A DNA stretch of 64,000 bases from Gammaproteobacteria bacterium (GCA_028281365.1 JANQJZ010000015.1:13879-77878), one strand, 5' to 3'; counted from the first letter of the stretch, positions 40,562 to 51,069 are shown. Notes: generated by a model not told the origin, from the sequence alone. Numbers and translations are program-made.

Positions 40562-41461
40562 CTAATCCGATTTTTTTCTATGCGCTCGTGGATGTGCTTT
40601 ATCATAAACTTGGGCCAAATGTTGAAAATCCAAGTGGGTATAGACCTGAGTGGTACTAATATCGGTGTGACCAAGTAATTCCTGCACGGCGCGTAAATCT
40701 CCGCTGGATTCTAACATATGACTGGCAAATGAATGACGTAACATGTGTGGATGAACATGGGTCGGCAAACCCTGCTTGACAGCCCATTGTTTTAACCGTT
40801 GTTGTACAGAACGGGGACTAATACGTTTACCACGGTTGCTGACAAATAATGCCTGTTCTTCCCCTGCAGCAATCGATCGCCTGTTTTTTAACCAATTTTT
40901 TATTGCCTCAATGGCATGTTGGCCTACCGGTATACTTCTTGTTTTTTTCCCCTTACCGGTCACCGTTAAAATACGATCATTAAAATCAATATCATTGATA
41001 TCGAGACTAACCAGTTCGGATAATCTCAGACCGGAAGAATAAATTAACTCAAGCATCGCCTTGTCACGAACCGCAAGATTATTATTGCCTTCAATTTCAA
41101 CTAACTGTGTCGTTTGATCAACATCCAGCACCTTTGGCAGTTTTCGGGAAGTCTTTGGAGCAGTAATACCTTCAGCAGGATTATTCTTAACCTTACCCTG
41201 ATCAAGCAAATACCGGAAAAAAGCACGAATCGCAGAAAGATTACGTTGTAACGATCGACCACCTATTCCCTGTCGATGACGTGCAGCTACAAAACCTCTT
41301 AGTAAGCGTCCATTTAAATCAGACCATCTTTCAATTTCATTTTTATCACAATAATCCTGTAAATAAGATAAATCACGCTGATAGGCATTACATGTATGTA
41401 CTGACAAGTGATGTAAGGTTTTTAAGAATGCTTCGAGTAAAAGCGTCTCAGTAGACTGCAT
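40562..41461 (-). CDS. xerC: Tyrosine recombinase XerC, chromosome dimer resolution.
   Basis: 299 aa. Catalytic RHSFASHML...LLGHTDISTTQVYTHL box. Conserved dapF-DUF484-xerC context. Confidence 0.85.
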   Translation of the reverse strand: MQSTETLLLEAFLKTLHHLSVHTCNAYQRDLSYLQDYCDKNEIERWSDLNGRLLRGFVAARHRQGIGGRSLQRNLSAIRAFFRYLLDQGKVKNNPAEGITAPKTSRKLPKVLDVDQTTQLVEIEGNNNLAVRDKAMLELIYSSGLRLSELVSLDINDIDFNDRILTVTGKGKKTRSIPVGQHAIEAIKNWLKNRRSIAAGEEQALFVSNRGKRISPRSVQQRLKQWAVKQGLPTHVHPHMLRHSFASHMLESSGDLRAVQELLGHTDISTTQVYTHLDFQHLAQVYDKAHPRAHRKKSD

Positions 41462-41490
41462 ATTAAGTTAAAAGCTTATATGAATCGGTA

Positions 41491-42195
41491 TCAATCTTCT
41501 TTAATCCAGGGCTTTAGTATAAAACTTAATATTTCACCCAGATTAGCAAGCAATTCAACACCCATCCCCGGTTGAAATCGCTCTGCATCAAAACTGCCTA
41601 TCGCCAGTATGCCACCCCAGCTCTCACCATGTAGTGGTACCATTACAGAAGAGGCAATATCATCACCATCATCACCGAATAGAAAAACCTGCTGTTGGCG
41701 CTTCATTCGTCCACTTAATGGCATACGTTTTTCAATTATACTTTTAAATAAAGATTGCTCCTGTATGTCTTTACCGGAAAATTCTTCAGTTGGAAATGAA
41801 TCGACAAAAGCCGGATCCGCAAATAACTTTACCACCACACGATCTGCATGAAAATTTTTCTTCAGGTTTTCATACATTGTTTTAAAGATATCTTTTGGTT
41901 CATCTGCCTCCATTAACGTCAGGGCCAATTGATGCATGCGTCTGGCTAATTCTTCATTCTGTCTCGCAATTTCAATCAGCTCATGTAAACGTTTACGAGT
42001 TTGCTGATTTTGTTCACGTAATACCGCAACCTGTTTTTCAACTAATGAAATTGCAGCCCCTCTCTCATGCGGAATCTGTAATTCTGCAAGAATAGATGGG
42101 TGTTTATTGAAAAAATCCGGATTATTCTGAAGGTATTCAGCAACATTTTCTTCAGAAATTATGTTCGTTTCCAGATTTTCTTCCTGTGCGCTCAT
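41491..42195 (-). CDS. DUF484 (YigA-like) protein.
   Basis: 234 aa. Position between dapF and xerC identical to E. coli yigA. 4-nt overlap with dapF. Confidence 0.7.
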   Translation of the reverse strand: MSAQEENLETNIISEENVAEYLQNNPDFFNKHPSILAELQIPHERGAAISLVEKQVAVLREQNQQTRKRLHELIEIARQNEELARRMHQLALTLMEADEPKDIFKTMYENLKKNFHADRVVVKLFADPAFVDSFPTEEFSGKDIQEQSLFKSIIEKRMPLSGRMKRQQQVFLFGDDGDDIASSVMVPLHGESWGGILAIGSFDAERFQPGMGVELLANLGEILSFILKPWIKED

Positions 42196-43022
42196 AATTC
42201 TATCTTCCCCTCAAATACGGTTATGGCAGGTCCAGTCATAAATACCGGCTGACCTTCTCCTGACCATTCTAATATTAAATGCCCCCCACGTAATTCAGCG
42301 TCTATTTTCCCTTCCAAATACCCCTGCTGGCAAGCAATAACCATCGCCGCACAAGCTCCACTGCCACAGGCTAATGTTTCCCCTGAGCCCCGTTCATAAA
42401 CACGTAATTTAAACGCCTTTTTATTCAATACCTGGATAAATCCGACATTCACACTCTCAGGAAACAAATCTTTACTTTGTAATTCAGCCCCTATTCTTTC
42501 GACTTCAACCCGATCGACGTCAGGCACATTGATTACCGCATGCGGATTACCCATCGATAATGCTCCAAACTCGACCATTCCATCCGATAGTTCAATCTGA
42601 TAGTGCTCTGACCGCTCGGAATAGCGTAATGGAATATCTTCAGGTTCGAAGACGGGTATACCCATATTGACTGTCACCCTTTGATCGTCATCAATTTGCA
42701 ACACCAGTATTCCCTCACCAGTATCCGCGATAATCTCACTTTTGCTTATTATTCCTTTCTGTCGCAAATAAATAGCGACACATCTGGCCCCGTTCCCACA
42801 TTGGCTAACTTCACCGCCATCAGCATTAAATATTCGATAACGAACATCTGTCTGTTCGTCAACCGGTGGTTCCAATAGCAAGACCTGATCGCAACCTATA
42901 CCAAAATGCCGGTCTGCAATATGTCTGACCTGTTCCCGAGAGAGATTGATCTGGTTGCTAAAAGTATCAAAAACGACAAAATCATTTCCGATACCATGCA
43001 TTTTCGTAAAGTGATATTCCAT
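42192..43022 (-). CDS. dapF: Diaminopimelate epimerase.
   Basis: 276 aa. FTKMHGIGNDFVVFD N-terminus. Catalytic Cys motifs CGNGARC and ACGSGACA. Confidence 0.9.
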   Translation of the reverse strand: MEYHFTKMHGIGNDFVVFDTFSNQINLSREQVRHIADRHFGIGCDQVLLLEPPVDEQTDVRYRIFNADGGEVSQCGNGARCVAIYLRQKGIISKSEIIADTGEGILVLQIDDDQRVTVNMGIPVFEPEDIPLRYSERSEHYQIELSDGMVEFGALSMGNPHAVINVPDVDRVEVERIGAELQSKDLFPESVNVGFIQVLNKKAFKLRVYERGSGETLACGSGACAAMVIACQQGYLEGKIDAELRGGHLILEWSGEGQPVFMTGPAITVFEGKIEL

Positions 43023-43116
43023 GGGTGTAGATTACCGCCAATCGACAGGAAGGCAAAGCAAACTGTGAACAACGACAGCGTTTTAAGCAAACAGCAATTT
43101 ACAAGCTTGTTTTATT

Positions 43117-44211
43117 TTAATCGGCCACATTAACAGTATCAGGGATGTGTAATGTTGACGTTGGAAAGGCACACTCAGCATCATGGGATTCTATGATATC
43201 AATAATTTTTAACATGACATCCTGTTTGACTTCGTGAAACTCAATCCAGTTGGTCGTTTTAGTAAAGGTATAGATGAAGAAATCCAGTGACGACGGGGCA
43301 AATTCATTAAAATTTACGATCAAGGTCTGGTTAGTATCGATGTCTTCATGATCCTGCAGCATTTTTTTAACATCTGCAATTATATCCCTCATCTTATTAA
43401 CATCGTCATAACGGATACCGATTGTTTCCTTGATACGACGATTAGACATACGCGATGGGTTTTCCACAGAGATACTGGTAAAGACAGCATTAGGTACATA
43501 AAGTGGGCGTTTCTCAAATGTACGAACGGTTGTTAGTCGCCAACCAATCTTTTCTACAGTCCCTTCGATTTCCTGATCAGGCGACCTTACCCAATCTCCA
43601 ACATCAAACGGTCGATCCATATAGATCATTAAACCACCAAAAAAATTGGCTAATAAATCCCTGGCTGCAAAACCAACTGCAATACCACCAATACCACCAA
43701 ATGCCAATACACCGGATATACTGTAACCTAATGTTTGTAGAATAACCAAGGCACTGGTAATGATGACAGATATGCGAAGTAGTTTAGCAATTGCATCAGC
43801 TGTCGTTTCATCAAACTCTTCACCAGCAATCTTTTTCTTCTCAATAATATTTTCTTCAGCCCGGCCAATGAAACGAACCAGGAACCAACTAATCGCTACA
43901 ATTACACCAACATCCCTGATCGGATCGATTGCCTGAAATATTACGGCATCCGCTTCTGCTTTAATAATGTCCGCAGCAAAGCAAAGACCAATTATCCAGA
44001 TTAAAAAATAAAGTGGCTTTCTTGCAGCATCGAATAGAGCATCATCCCAATAAGTACTGGTTCGTTGTAGTTTAAGTACAACCTTTTTCAGTATTCGTTT
44101 TAATATCCAGTTTAGTAAAGCAGTAAAAAAAACTACGATAAATACCTGAACCACCCAGGTCTCTTCACCAAAAAAACTTAATGCTTCTTTTAATATCTGA
44201 TTTATATCCAT
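43117..44211 (-). CDS. Mechanosensitive ion channel, MscS family.
   Basis: 364 aa. N-terminal TM helices and a conserved MscS pore/beta-domain region (GGIGGIAVGFAARDLLANFFGGLMIYMDRPFDVGDWV). Confidence 0.8.
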   Translation of the reverse strand: MDINQILKEALSFFGEETWVVQVFIVVFFTALLNWILKRILKKVVLKLQRTSTYWDDALFDAARKPLYFLIWIIGLCFAADIIKAEADAVIFQAIDPIRDVGVIVAISWFLVRFIGRAEENIIEKKKIAGEEFDETTADAIAKLLRISVIITSALVILQTLGYSISGVLAFGGIGGIAVGFAARDLLANFFGGLMIYMDRPFDVGDWVRSPDQEIEGTVEKIGWRLTTVRTFEKRPLYVPNAVFTSISVENPSRMSNRRIKETIGIRYDDVNKMRDIIADVKKMLQDHEDIDTNQTLIVNFNEFAPSSLDFFIYTFTKTTNWIEFHEVKQDVMLKIIDIIESHDAECAFPTSTLHIPDTVNVAD

Positions 44212-44226
44212 TGAACTAACCTTAAG

Positions 44227-45156
44227 TTAATAAACTACTGAAACCTTATATCCCTGTTTTTCAAGTAATGATAAAACACCACCTTCTCCACTAAGATGCA
44301 TAGCGCCTATTGCAATAAAAGATTTACCTTTTTCCAGAGTCGGTTGCATACGTTTTACCATCGTAATATTTCTATCCGTAATTAGTTTTTTCATCAGTTT
44401 CTTATAAACCGGTTCCTCGATAGTCGAAAAACGCTGGGTATGATTATATAAACCGCCAAGATCCTGTTTCAAATAAAACTCTTTCAATACTTCAAAATCC
44501 TGCCTTACGACATCATAATGGCAGACTGTATCTGTTAATAGTTTTACCTGCTCGTCTATAGTTAATTCGTTAAAGATATCTCCCTGTTCCTTTAATGACT
44601 CCAAACCTGATACAGAAGCTCCATTTTGCTGAGCTATAGATAATAATACGAGATCCAGGGCTGCCCCCTGATCAGGCGGATAATTCATCATTAAAAATGC
44701 GGCCCAGGGTTTCATAACAGAAACCGAATCGCTGCCTAAAAAATAAGAAGAAAGAATTTCTATAGTTTTATTGTAAATCGATTCATCAATATACTCTGAC
44801 AATTTTCGTCCATCGTTAAAAAACATCAATTGAGATAATAACAACATTTGCTCTGCATCAGGCAAGGCTTCCATAACAAATTGATCTGATTCATGTAAAG
44901 CCTCATCGACAACATTGGGTAATGTTGTCACTTCAGGATCAGAAACATGTATTGTTCCAAATACATAGTTAGAGTTATTTTCCCCCTTACTAACTTTCCA
45001 AAGAAGCCCTTTCGAATAACGTAATTCCTGTTTTACCCCTGTTCCTTCAACCAGGGGTTCACATTGGCTTGAAATCAATTCTTTTGCTTGTACAAAAGAG
45101 TTGATTGATAAACTAATTAATAAAAAATAAAGTGACAGTCTAGATTGCATCATCAC
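44227..45156 (-). CDS. TraB/GumN family periplasmic protein.
   Basis: 309 aa. Signal peptide. GTIHV... and AIGAMHL motifs of the TraB/GumN fold. Overlaps nagZ by 17 nt. Confidence 0.6.
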   Translation of the reverse strand: MMMQSRLSLYFLLISLSINSFVQAKELISSQCEPLVEGTGVKQELRYSKGLLWKVSKGENNSNYVFGTIHVSDPEVTTLPNVVDEALHESDQFVMEALPDAEQMLLLSQLMFFNDGRKLSEYIDESIYNKTIEILSSYFLGSDSVSVMKPWAAFLMMNYPPDQGAALDLVLLSIAQQNGASVSGLESLKEQGDIFNELTIDEQVKLLTDTVCHYDVVRQDFEVLKEFYLKQDLGGLYNHTQRFSTIEEPVYKKLMKKLITDRNITMVKRMQPTLEKGKSFIAIGAMHLSGEGGVLSLLEKQGYKVSVVY

Positions 45157-46198
45157 CCAGATTTAATTCCGGTTCCTTTTCGAGTCTTGAAACTACTTCG
45201 GATCGTTGTTTCCATAATCCGGTTTGTTTTAATTTATCTAATGACATATTAAATTGCCCATGCATTCTAATTAGTCTGGACTGAGATTCAATATTGTCTT
45301 TAATATCCGCTTTTTCAAGGATTGCCACGGCACCAGGTTGATTATTACATGCTAATACCATATCACAGCCCGCATTAAGTGCCGCTTCTGCCCGTTGCGG
45401 ATAATCACCCATAACTTCGGCCCCGGCCATACTCAAATCATCACTAAAGATTGTGCCTTGATAACCCATTTGTTTTCGCAGGATATGCTTTAACCAGACA
45501 GCTGAAAAACCTGCCGGTTTATCGTCAATCTCCGTATATATAACATGAGCTGGCATCAAACCCGACAATCCGCTATTTATCATCCTTTCAAACGGGATGA
45601 GATCATGCATCTTGATATCTTCAAAAGAACGGCGATCATAAGGAATTGCAACATGTGAATCCTCAACTACAGAACCGTGGCCAGGAAAATGTTTGCCGAC
45701 CGCTGTCATTCCTGCTTCTTTCATACCTCTGATATAAACTTTGGCAAGTAAACTGATTTGTTCAGGATCAGTATGAAATGCTCGATCGCCTATAACCTGA
45801 CTGGTTTTACCACCAACATCCAGGACAGGAGCAAAACTAAGATCGATGCCCGTTGCTAATAATTCTGCTGCCATCAACCATCCTGCCTGCTCTGCTACCG
45901 TTTTTGCATCTTCAGATAATAAACAACCAATTAATTCACATGCTGGTAACCGGCTGAAACCTTCCCGGAACCGTTGCACACGTCCGCCTTCATGATCAAC
46001 TGCGATAAGTAAATGAGGTTGCCGTAATTCATGTATAGACGCCGTCAATGCCTCTAATTGTTCCGGGGACTCATAATTACGTGTAAATAAAATAACGCCA
46101 CCAATATGCGGATGCATTAACATTTCACGTTCATCATCTTCCAATTGCAGACCGCGGAGGTCACACATAATCGGGCCTAATGACATTTTTTTAATCAC
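45140..46198 (-). CDS. nagZ: Beta-N-acetylhexosaminidase NagZ, GH3, peptidoglycan recycling.
   Basis: 352 aa. GH3 motifs (GGVILFTRN, KHFPGHG, catalytic-region SDDLSMAGA). Confidence 0.85.
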   Translation of the reverse strand: MIKKMSLGPIMCDLRGLQLEDDEREMLMHPHIGGVILFTRNYESPEQLEALTASIHELRQPHLLIAVDHEGGRVQRFREGFSRLPACELIGCLLSEDAKTVAEQAGWLMAAELLATGIDLSFAPVLDVGGKTSQVIGDRAFHTDPEQISLLAKVYIRGMKEAGMTAVGKHFPGHGSVVEDSHVAIPYDRRSFEDIKMHDLIPFERMINSGLSGLMPAHVIYTEIDDKPAGFSAVWLKHILRKQMGYQGTIFSDDLSMAGAEVMGDYPQRAEAALNAGCDMVLACNNQPGAVAILEKADIKDNIESQSRLIRMHGQFNMSLDKLKQTGLWKQRSEVVSRLEKEPELNLGDDAI

Positions 46199-46203
46199 CG
46201 GAA

Positions 46204-47028
46204 TCAGATCCTGTTAAATAATTTATCGCTATCCATTTCACGAATGTCCATTTTGTCTCTTAGCTTATCGCCTAATAAATTAATGCATAATACTAAAGTC
46301 AGGATAGCAAAACCGGGAGCCAAAACCATATGTGGCGCTACTAACATATAGTTAGTTCCATCACGAATCATACTGCCCCAGGATGCAACAGGTGGTTGCA
46401 CACCCAAACCAAGAAATGACAAGCTAGCTTCGGCAATTACAACCCCGGCAAATGAAAATGTTGCTTCAACAATTAACGGGGCCAATATTAAGGGCAGGAT
46501 ATGCTGAAAAATAACAGTTATTCCTGAACTGCCTAATGCTATTGCAGCAGTAATATGGTCTCGATCTTTTATTGACAAGGTTTGCACTCGCGCCAGGCGA
46601 GCAAACCCTACCCAACTGACTATCGATAATGCGATTACAGCATTGAAAAGTCCGGGCCCCAACAACCCGGCTAATGCGATAGCTAATAAAATACCGGGGA
46701 AAGCAATAAAAAGATCAATAATAATGATTAAACACCTATCCCATATCCCTCCTAACCAGGCCCCCATTACGCCTAACAAGGTGCCGACAACAAATGAGAT
46801 ACTGACAACAATAACTGCAACGCTTAATGATGTTCGTGCGCCCATAATAAGACGGGCACCGATAGAACGACCAAGATCATCATGCCCCAACCAATTCTCG
46901 AAATTTGGCATAACTAATATCTTTTCCAAAATGATTAAGTCCGGGTAGATTGGAAGTATTGGACCAAGTAATGCCAATATTAGCCATATAAGTAATATAA
47001 ATACCGGTATAGAAATAAAACTTTTCAT
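46204..47028 (-). CDS. ABC transporter permease, DppC/NikC-like.
   Basis: 274 aa, 6 TM. Inner-membrane component signature IAEASLSFLGLGVQPP. Confidence 0.8.
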   Translation of the reverse strand: MKSFISIPVFILLIWLILALLGPILPIYPDLIILEKILVMPNFENWLGHDDLGRSIGARLIMGARTSLSVAVIVVSISFVVGTLLGVMGAWLGGIWDRCLIIIIDLFIAFPGILLAIALAGLLGPGLFNAVIALSIVSWVGFARLARVQTLSIKDRDHITAAIALGSSGITVIFQHILPLILAPLIVEATFSFAGVVIAEASLSFLGLGVQPPVASWGSMIRDGTNYMLVAPHMVLAPGFAILTLVLCINLLGDKLRDKMDIREMDSDKLFNRI

Positions 47029-47951
47029 TACTCAAGTCTGACTCTTGGATCCAGTACTGAATAAGTAATATCAGTAATTAAATTAACGACAACATAAACA
47101 AAACTGATTAACAGTACACAGGCTTGTACAACCGGGTAGTCACGTTTTTGAATCGATTCGATCAATAACTGTCCAATTCCTGGCCAGGAAAATATCGTTT
47201 CGGTAATCACGGCCCCTGCCAGCAATGCACCAAGTTGCATACCAAGAATCGTAATAACTGGTAAAGCGGCATTACGTAATGCATGTAAAATTAAAACATG
47301 AAATTCAGATAAACCACGTGCCCTGGCAGCACGGATATAATCTTCTTCCAGTACTTCCAACATAGAAGCCCGTACCATTCGGGAAAGTATCGCTGCCAAG
47401 GCTGTACCCAATGTAATCGCAGGCAAAACTAATGATGCTAAACCATCTTTTCCACTAACCGGAAACCAGCCTAAACTTAAACTAAATATAATGATTAACA
47501 ATGGCCCCATAACAAAATTAGGGATCGACACACCTAGCATGGCAGTAACCATAGCCAATCGATCCCAAATCGAGTTTTTATAAAGTGCTGCTAATATTCC
47601 TAGTGGTAAGGCAATAATGATAGCGATAATAAGACTGGCAACACTCAACACGACTGTCGCTGGAACATGATCTATTAACAACTGGCTGACTGACTGCCTG
47701 GAGTGCAGTGATTGACCAAAATCCAATTGAATTATTCCTGCCAGATATTGCCACCATTGTTGTAGCAGCGGTAAATCGAGTCCCAATGCATGATGTAATG
47801 CATCACGATCTGCAGGTCGTGCTGTTTCGCCTAACATGACTTCTACCGGATCGCCCGGTACGATATGTATTAAAAGAAATACAATAGTCGTAATGCCAAA
47901 TAGAACTAAAATGGCACTGAGTAAACGTTTGATTAAGTATTCCAAATACAC
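47028..47951 (-). CDS. ABC transporter permease, DppB/NikB-like.
   Basis: 307 aa. BPD-transporter signature LEEDYIRAARARGLSEFHVLILHALRNA. Its stop abuts the next permease. Confidence 0.8.
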   Translation of the reverse strand: MYLEYLIKRLLSAILVLFGITTIVFLLIHIVPGDPVEVMLGETARPADRDALHHALGLDLPLLQQWWQYLAGIIQLDFGQSLHSRQSVSQLLIDHVPATVVLSVASLIIAIIIALPLGILAALYKNSIWDRLAMVTAMLGVSIPNFVMGPLLIIIFSLSLGWFPVSGKDGLASLVLPAITLGTALAAILSRMVRASMLEVLEEDYIRAARARGLSEFHVLILHALRNAALPVITILGMQLGALLAGAVITETIFSWPGIGQLLIESIQKRDYPVVQACVLLISFVYVVVNLITDITYSVLDPRVRLE

Positions 47952-48044
47952 AATTTTTAAAAATCCTGGTTCATATCAATCCCCAATTAGGGCTACAATT
48001 ACCATAATAACTCAAGAAGAGTTTATAAGATTTGGGTTAGAATT

Positions 48045-48533
48045 ATGTACAAATTTGATAATAATAATGAAGAAGATACGGAATCTGATAAATCGTTAGC
48101 TATGTCAATAAATGAAACCAGTCAGGATGTACTTAGCATCGTCGTACGCTTATGTGGCTTGACCTTGTTATTTATAGGTATGTGGATAGCAATACAGGTA
48201 TTCCAGGAAGCCATTTCATTATATCGTGATCCGACCAATATTGAGCGTATTGCGAAAGCTATCGAAGAAGGCTCCAATATAGATAAAAGCATCGCACCAA
48301 TCCGGGATAGTATTTTAGGAGAAGATGAAGAACAGACAGAAAACAAATCTGAATCAAACCCTGAAGGTTTTAGAATTTCCTACTTCATTGCCTGGGTAGT
48401 TGATTTACTACTACTCTTACTACTCGCACGCATCGCCATTATGGCAGTTAAAACCGGTGGCGAACTTGCTTTATATGATGCTCAGGTTAAACGACTAGCG
48501 AGACAAATTGTAAATGCAAGAAAAAAAGAATAA
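48045..48533 (+). CDS. Hypothetical membrane protein with 2 TM and an acidic linker.
   Basis: 162 aa. Two clear TM helices separated by a charged, Glu-rich loop. No recognisable family. Confidence 0.4.
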   Translation: MYKFDNNNEEDTESDKSLAMSINETSQDVLSIVVRLCGLTLLFIGMWIAIQVFQEAISLYRDPTNIERIAKAIEEGSNIDKSIAPIRDSILGEDEEQTENKSESNPEGFRISYFIAWVVDLLLLLLLARIAIMAVKTGGELALYDAQVKRLARQIVNARKKE

Positions 48534-48597
48534 TTCAAAGTTCAACAAACAAGCCAAAGCGGATAACCTTAATTTCATAAACTACAAAGAGTAGACG

Positions 48598-49221
48598 ATG
48601 AAACTAATAATTTTTGGGGCTACAGGTACAATTGGGTCTCAGGTTGTAGAGAAATCTTTAGCACAAGGACATCAGGTAACTGCATTCGCACGTAACCTAT
48701 CAACATTAAATATGGAACACCCAAATCTCATGCTAACAGCTGGAGATGTCTTAAATAAGGATTTAGTAACCAATACTATTAAGGATCATGATGCCGTAAT
48801 TATTACTCTTGGAGCAGGAATAAAGGGAAATGTCCGTTCTGCTGGAACAAAGAATATTATTGAAGGAATGAAGCAGCATGGGATACGACGAGTAGTTTGC
48901 CTCTCAACACTTGGTGCGGGAGATAGCCACGATACACTTAATTTCTTCTGGAAGTATATAATGTTTGGACTATTGCTTCGCCAAGCTTTGGCAGACCACG
49001 AAGCACAAGAGGAAGTAATTAAAAATAGTAACCTCGATTGGATCATCGTAAGACCTGCAGCATTTACTGATGGGCCTGCAACCGGGACTTATAAGCATGG
49101 AGAACTAGATTCCGGGAAAAATCTGAAATTAAAAGTTTCCCGTAATGACATTGCAGATTTTATTATTAAATGTCTTAACGATAATACTTATTTACATAAA
49201 ACACCCGGATTATCCTACTAA
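48598..49221 (+). CDS. NAD(P)H-binding oxidoreductase, NmrA/atypical SDR-like.
   Basis: 207 aa. N-terminal Rossmann MKLIIFGATGTIGSQVV. Confidence 0.7.
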   Translation: MKLIIFGATGTIGSQVVEKSLAQGHQVTAFARNLSTLNMEHPNLMLTAGDVLNKDLVTNTIKDHDAVIITLGAGIKGNVRSAGTKNIIEGMKQHGIRRVVCLSTLGAGDSHDTLNFFWKYIMFGLLLRQALADHEAQEEVIKNSNLDWIIVRPAAFTDGPATGTYKHGELDSGKNLKLKVSRNDIADFIIKCLNDNTYLHKTPGLSY

Positions 49222-49269
49222 TAACTAATTGATGTCTGCTTCCGGACGAAAACAGATATTTTAAATATT

Positions 49270-49914
49270 TTATCTATCCGTTGTACTTGCTGGTCGGTCT
49301 GTAATTCTATCCGTTGTCCTGTCTCTTTTTTGTTGCATAAATCGACGTCTTTCTTCTTTAGACATATTTCTTAGTCGTTCTCTTAAAGCCTTACGTTCTT
49401 CCTCAGGTAAACTCTGCATATATTCACGCATCTTCTTGCGTTTGTTTTTTATCTTCTTACGAAAAGCCTTACGTTCTTCCGGTGACATGCTTTGAAACTT
49501 TTCTCTAAGTTCCCTGCGTTTTTCTTCAGGTAAATTCTTAAACCAGGACTGCCTGTTCCTGATTCTTTGCTGCTGTTCCGGTGATAATTCCTGAAACCGT
49601 TGAAAACGATCCCTTATCTTCTGTTTCTGATCTGAATCCATGGATTGCCAGCGCTGCATGCGTTGTTTGGCCTTTTCGCGTTGTTCATCGGACATCTGAT
49701 CCCAACGGCTGGCGCCTCTTTGTAATCGCTGCTGACGTTTGGCAGGCAATTCATCCCAACTGTCCTTAAAATCCTTCAACAGATTTTGTTCATCTGCTGA
49801 TAATGAATCCCAGGCGACACCTTCTTCGGCAAATATATTTGCTGAAAATAGAAAACAAAATAATAAAATTATCGTTAATCTAATTTTCATTTTCAGCCTC
49901 AATAACCGTTTCAA
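49270..49914 (-). CDS. DUF3106-like secreted protein with a repetitive Arg/Gln/Glu-rich helical region.
   Basis: 214 aa. Signal peptide. Repeated motif xQRxxxxRWxxMSxEQRxK (RWDQMSDEQREKAKQRMQRWQSMDSDQKQK...). Confidence 0.55.
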   Translation of the reverse strand: MKRLLRLKMKIRLTIILLFCFLFSANIFAEEGVAWDSLSADEQNLLKDFKDSWDELPAKRQQRLQRGASRWDQMSDEQREKAKQRMQRWQSMDSDQKQKIRDRFQRFQELSPEQQQRIRNRQSWFKNLPEEKRRELREKFQSMSPEERKAFRKKIKNKRKKMREYMQSLPEEERKALRERLRNMSKEERRRFMQQKRDRTTDRITDRPASTTDR

Positions 49915-50122
49915 TTAATGATTCAATTTCATCATCTTCTAAATCAGCAGGATCAATCCATTCACCTTCTTCTGTTTCCCATTCACCCAGAAACTCCAAA
50001 AACTCTATCGTTGGGTTGTTATCCTCTGTTACTTGTTGTTCTGCAAATAAGAGTGAATATGAACAAAATAACAACATGGCACAGGGTTTAACCAAATAAT
50101 GCTTCATCTTCGAGCCATTCAT
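49880..50122 (-). CDS. Small acidic secreted peptide.
   Basis: About 75-80 aa. Signal peptide MKHYLVKPCAMLLFCSYSLLFA then a highly acidic tail (EEGEWIDPADLEDDEIESLIETVIEAENEN). It sits between the anti-sigma and DUF3106 genes. Confidence 0.35.
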   Translation of the reverse strand: MNGSKMKHYLVKPCAMLLFCSYSLLFAEQQVTEDNNPTIEFLEFLGEWETEEGEWIDPADLEDDEIESLIETVIEAENEN

Positions 50123-50507
50123 AAAATTCCAGATCTTCGTATAACTCCAGGTTATCGGAAGATGAGATTAGATCCAGATCATCAATTGGTGTCATCTGTG
50201 AGGTATCAGGTGAATTCAATAGAATCATTATTGCAAAGACCATAACACAAGCTGTTGCTAAAGCGCCTGACATAAGACCAAACCAGTTAAGTGATCTATC
50301 CTCAGTCTGTTCTATAGCTCGACTACGAACTTGTCGAATTCTGGACAAGGTTTGTGCATCCAGACTGTCAACACTATCATCCAGCGTCTGTTTGATATTT
50401 ACAGCTAATTTGTCTTTGTCATGTTTATTCATAATAAAATTATTACCAATGCTCACCCAGTTTCTCTCGTAAGCTGTGTATTGCTCTTGAGTAATGCGTT
50501 TTGACAC
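50088..50507 (-). CDS. Putative single-TM anti-sigma factor. The likely true start is an internal Met near 50432.
   Basis: Cytoplasmic N-domain, TM (LMSGALATACVMVFAIMILL), short periplasmic tail. Immediately downstream of the ECF sigma gene and overlapping it. Confidence 0.5.
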   Translation of the reverse strand: MSKRITQEQYTAYERNWVSIGNNFIMNKHDKDKLAVNIKQTLDDSVDSLDAQTLSRIRQVRSRAIEQTEDRSLNWFGLMSGALATACVMVFAIMILLNSPDTSQMTPIDDLDLISSSDNLELYEDLEFYEWLEDEALFG

Positions 50508-50916
50508 TTCCGCTTGAACATTTCATCGCCCTTGCTGTTTCATCAACACTATACCCTTCCCATATCCTTAATAAAAACGCCTGCTGTTGACGTAACGGTA
50601 ATTCATGTAATGCATGATCCAGTTCATCGATTCGTTTATCTGCCTGCAATAATTGTTCGGGTGTTCTTGCGCTTTCATCTTCAGCCGATTGTACAAGATC
50701 TTCCTGTTCGCCATCTTTACTGCCAAACCAGATACGAAATTTATTTCTAACCTGATTACGTCGATACCAATCATTGATTCGACTTTGCAATATGGTTGTA
50801 AACAATGGCCCCCATTCACTGGGATTACGTTGTGCATATTTCTCTACCAGTTTAAACATGGCATCCTGCAAAATGTCCAATGCCTCATCCCGATTGCCGG
50901 TCGCGATCATCGCCAT
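50443..50916 (-). CDS. ECF-type sigma-70 family factor. The N-terminus is possibly extended by about 20 codons to a non-ATG start.
   Basis: 157 aa from the first ATG. Region 2.2 ALDILQDAMFKLVEKY and region 4 HTH (YSVDETARAMKCSSGSVKTHYSRA). The in-frame upstream sequence TLESRRELDTFLASVEKRAYR encodes region 2.1 but carries no ATG. Confidence 0.75.
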   Translation of the reverse strand: MAMIATGNRDEALDILQDAMFKLVEKYAQRNPSEWGPLFTTILQSRINDWYRRNQVRNKFRIWFGSKDGEQEDLVQSAEDESARTPEQLLQADKRIDELDHALHELPLRQQQAFLLRIWEGYSVDETARAMKCSSGSVKTHYSRAIHSLREKLGEHW

Positions 50917-51069
50917 ACGATAAGCCCGCTTTTCAACACTGGCAAGAAAGGTATCCAGTTCACGCCGAGATTCCAGTGTTTATCCCCTTTTATAAAAACT
51001 CTCAAGAAAATGAAATTCATCTTATAACTAACGTAGCCAGACACTTCCGGCTACGTCATTATCGAATGA

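Noticed and set aside
40562-41461. The tyrosine recombinase gene as a possible integrase marking a mobile element.
   Set aside because: Its product is a XerC orthologue, shown by the catalytic RHSF...HTDISTTQVYTHL box. It sits in the conserved dapF-DUF484-xerC chromosomal context with no attachment-site repeats or phage genes nearby.
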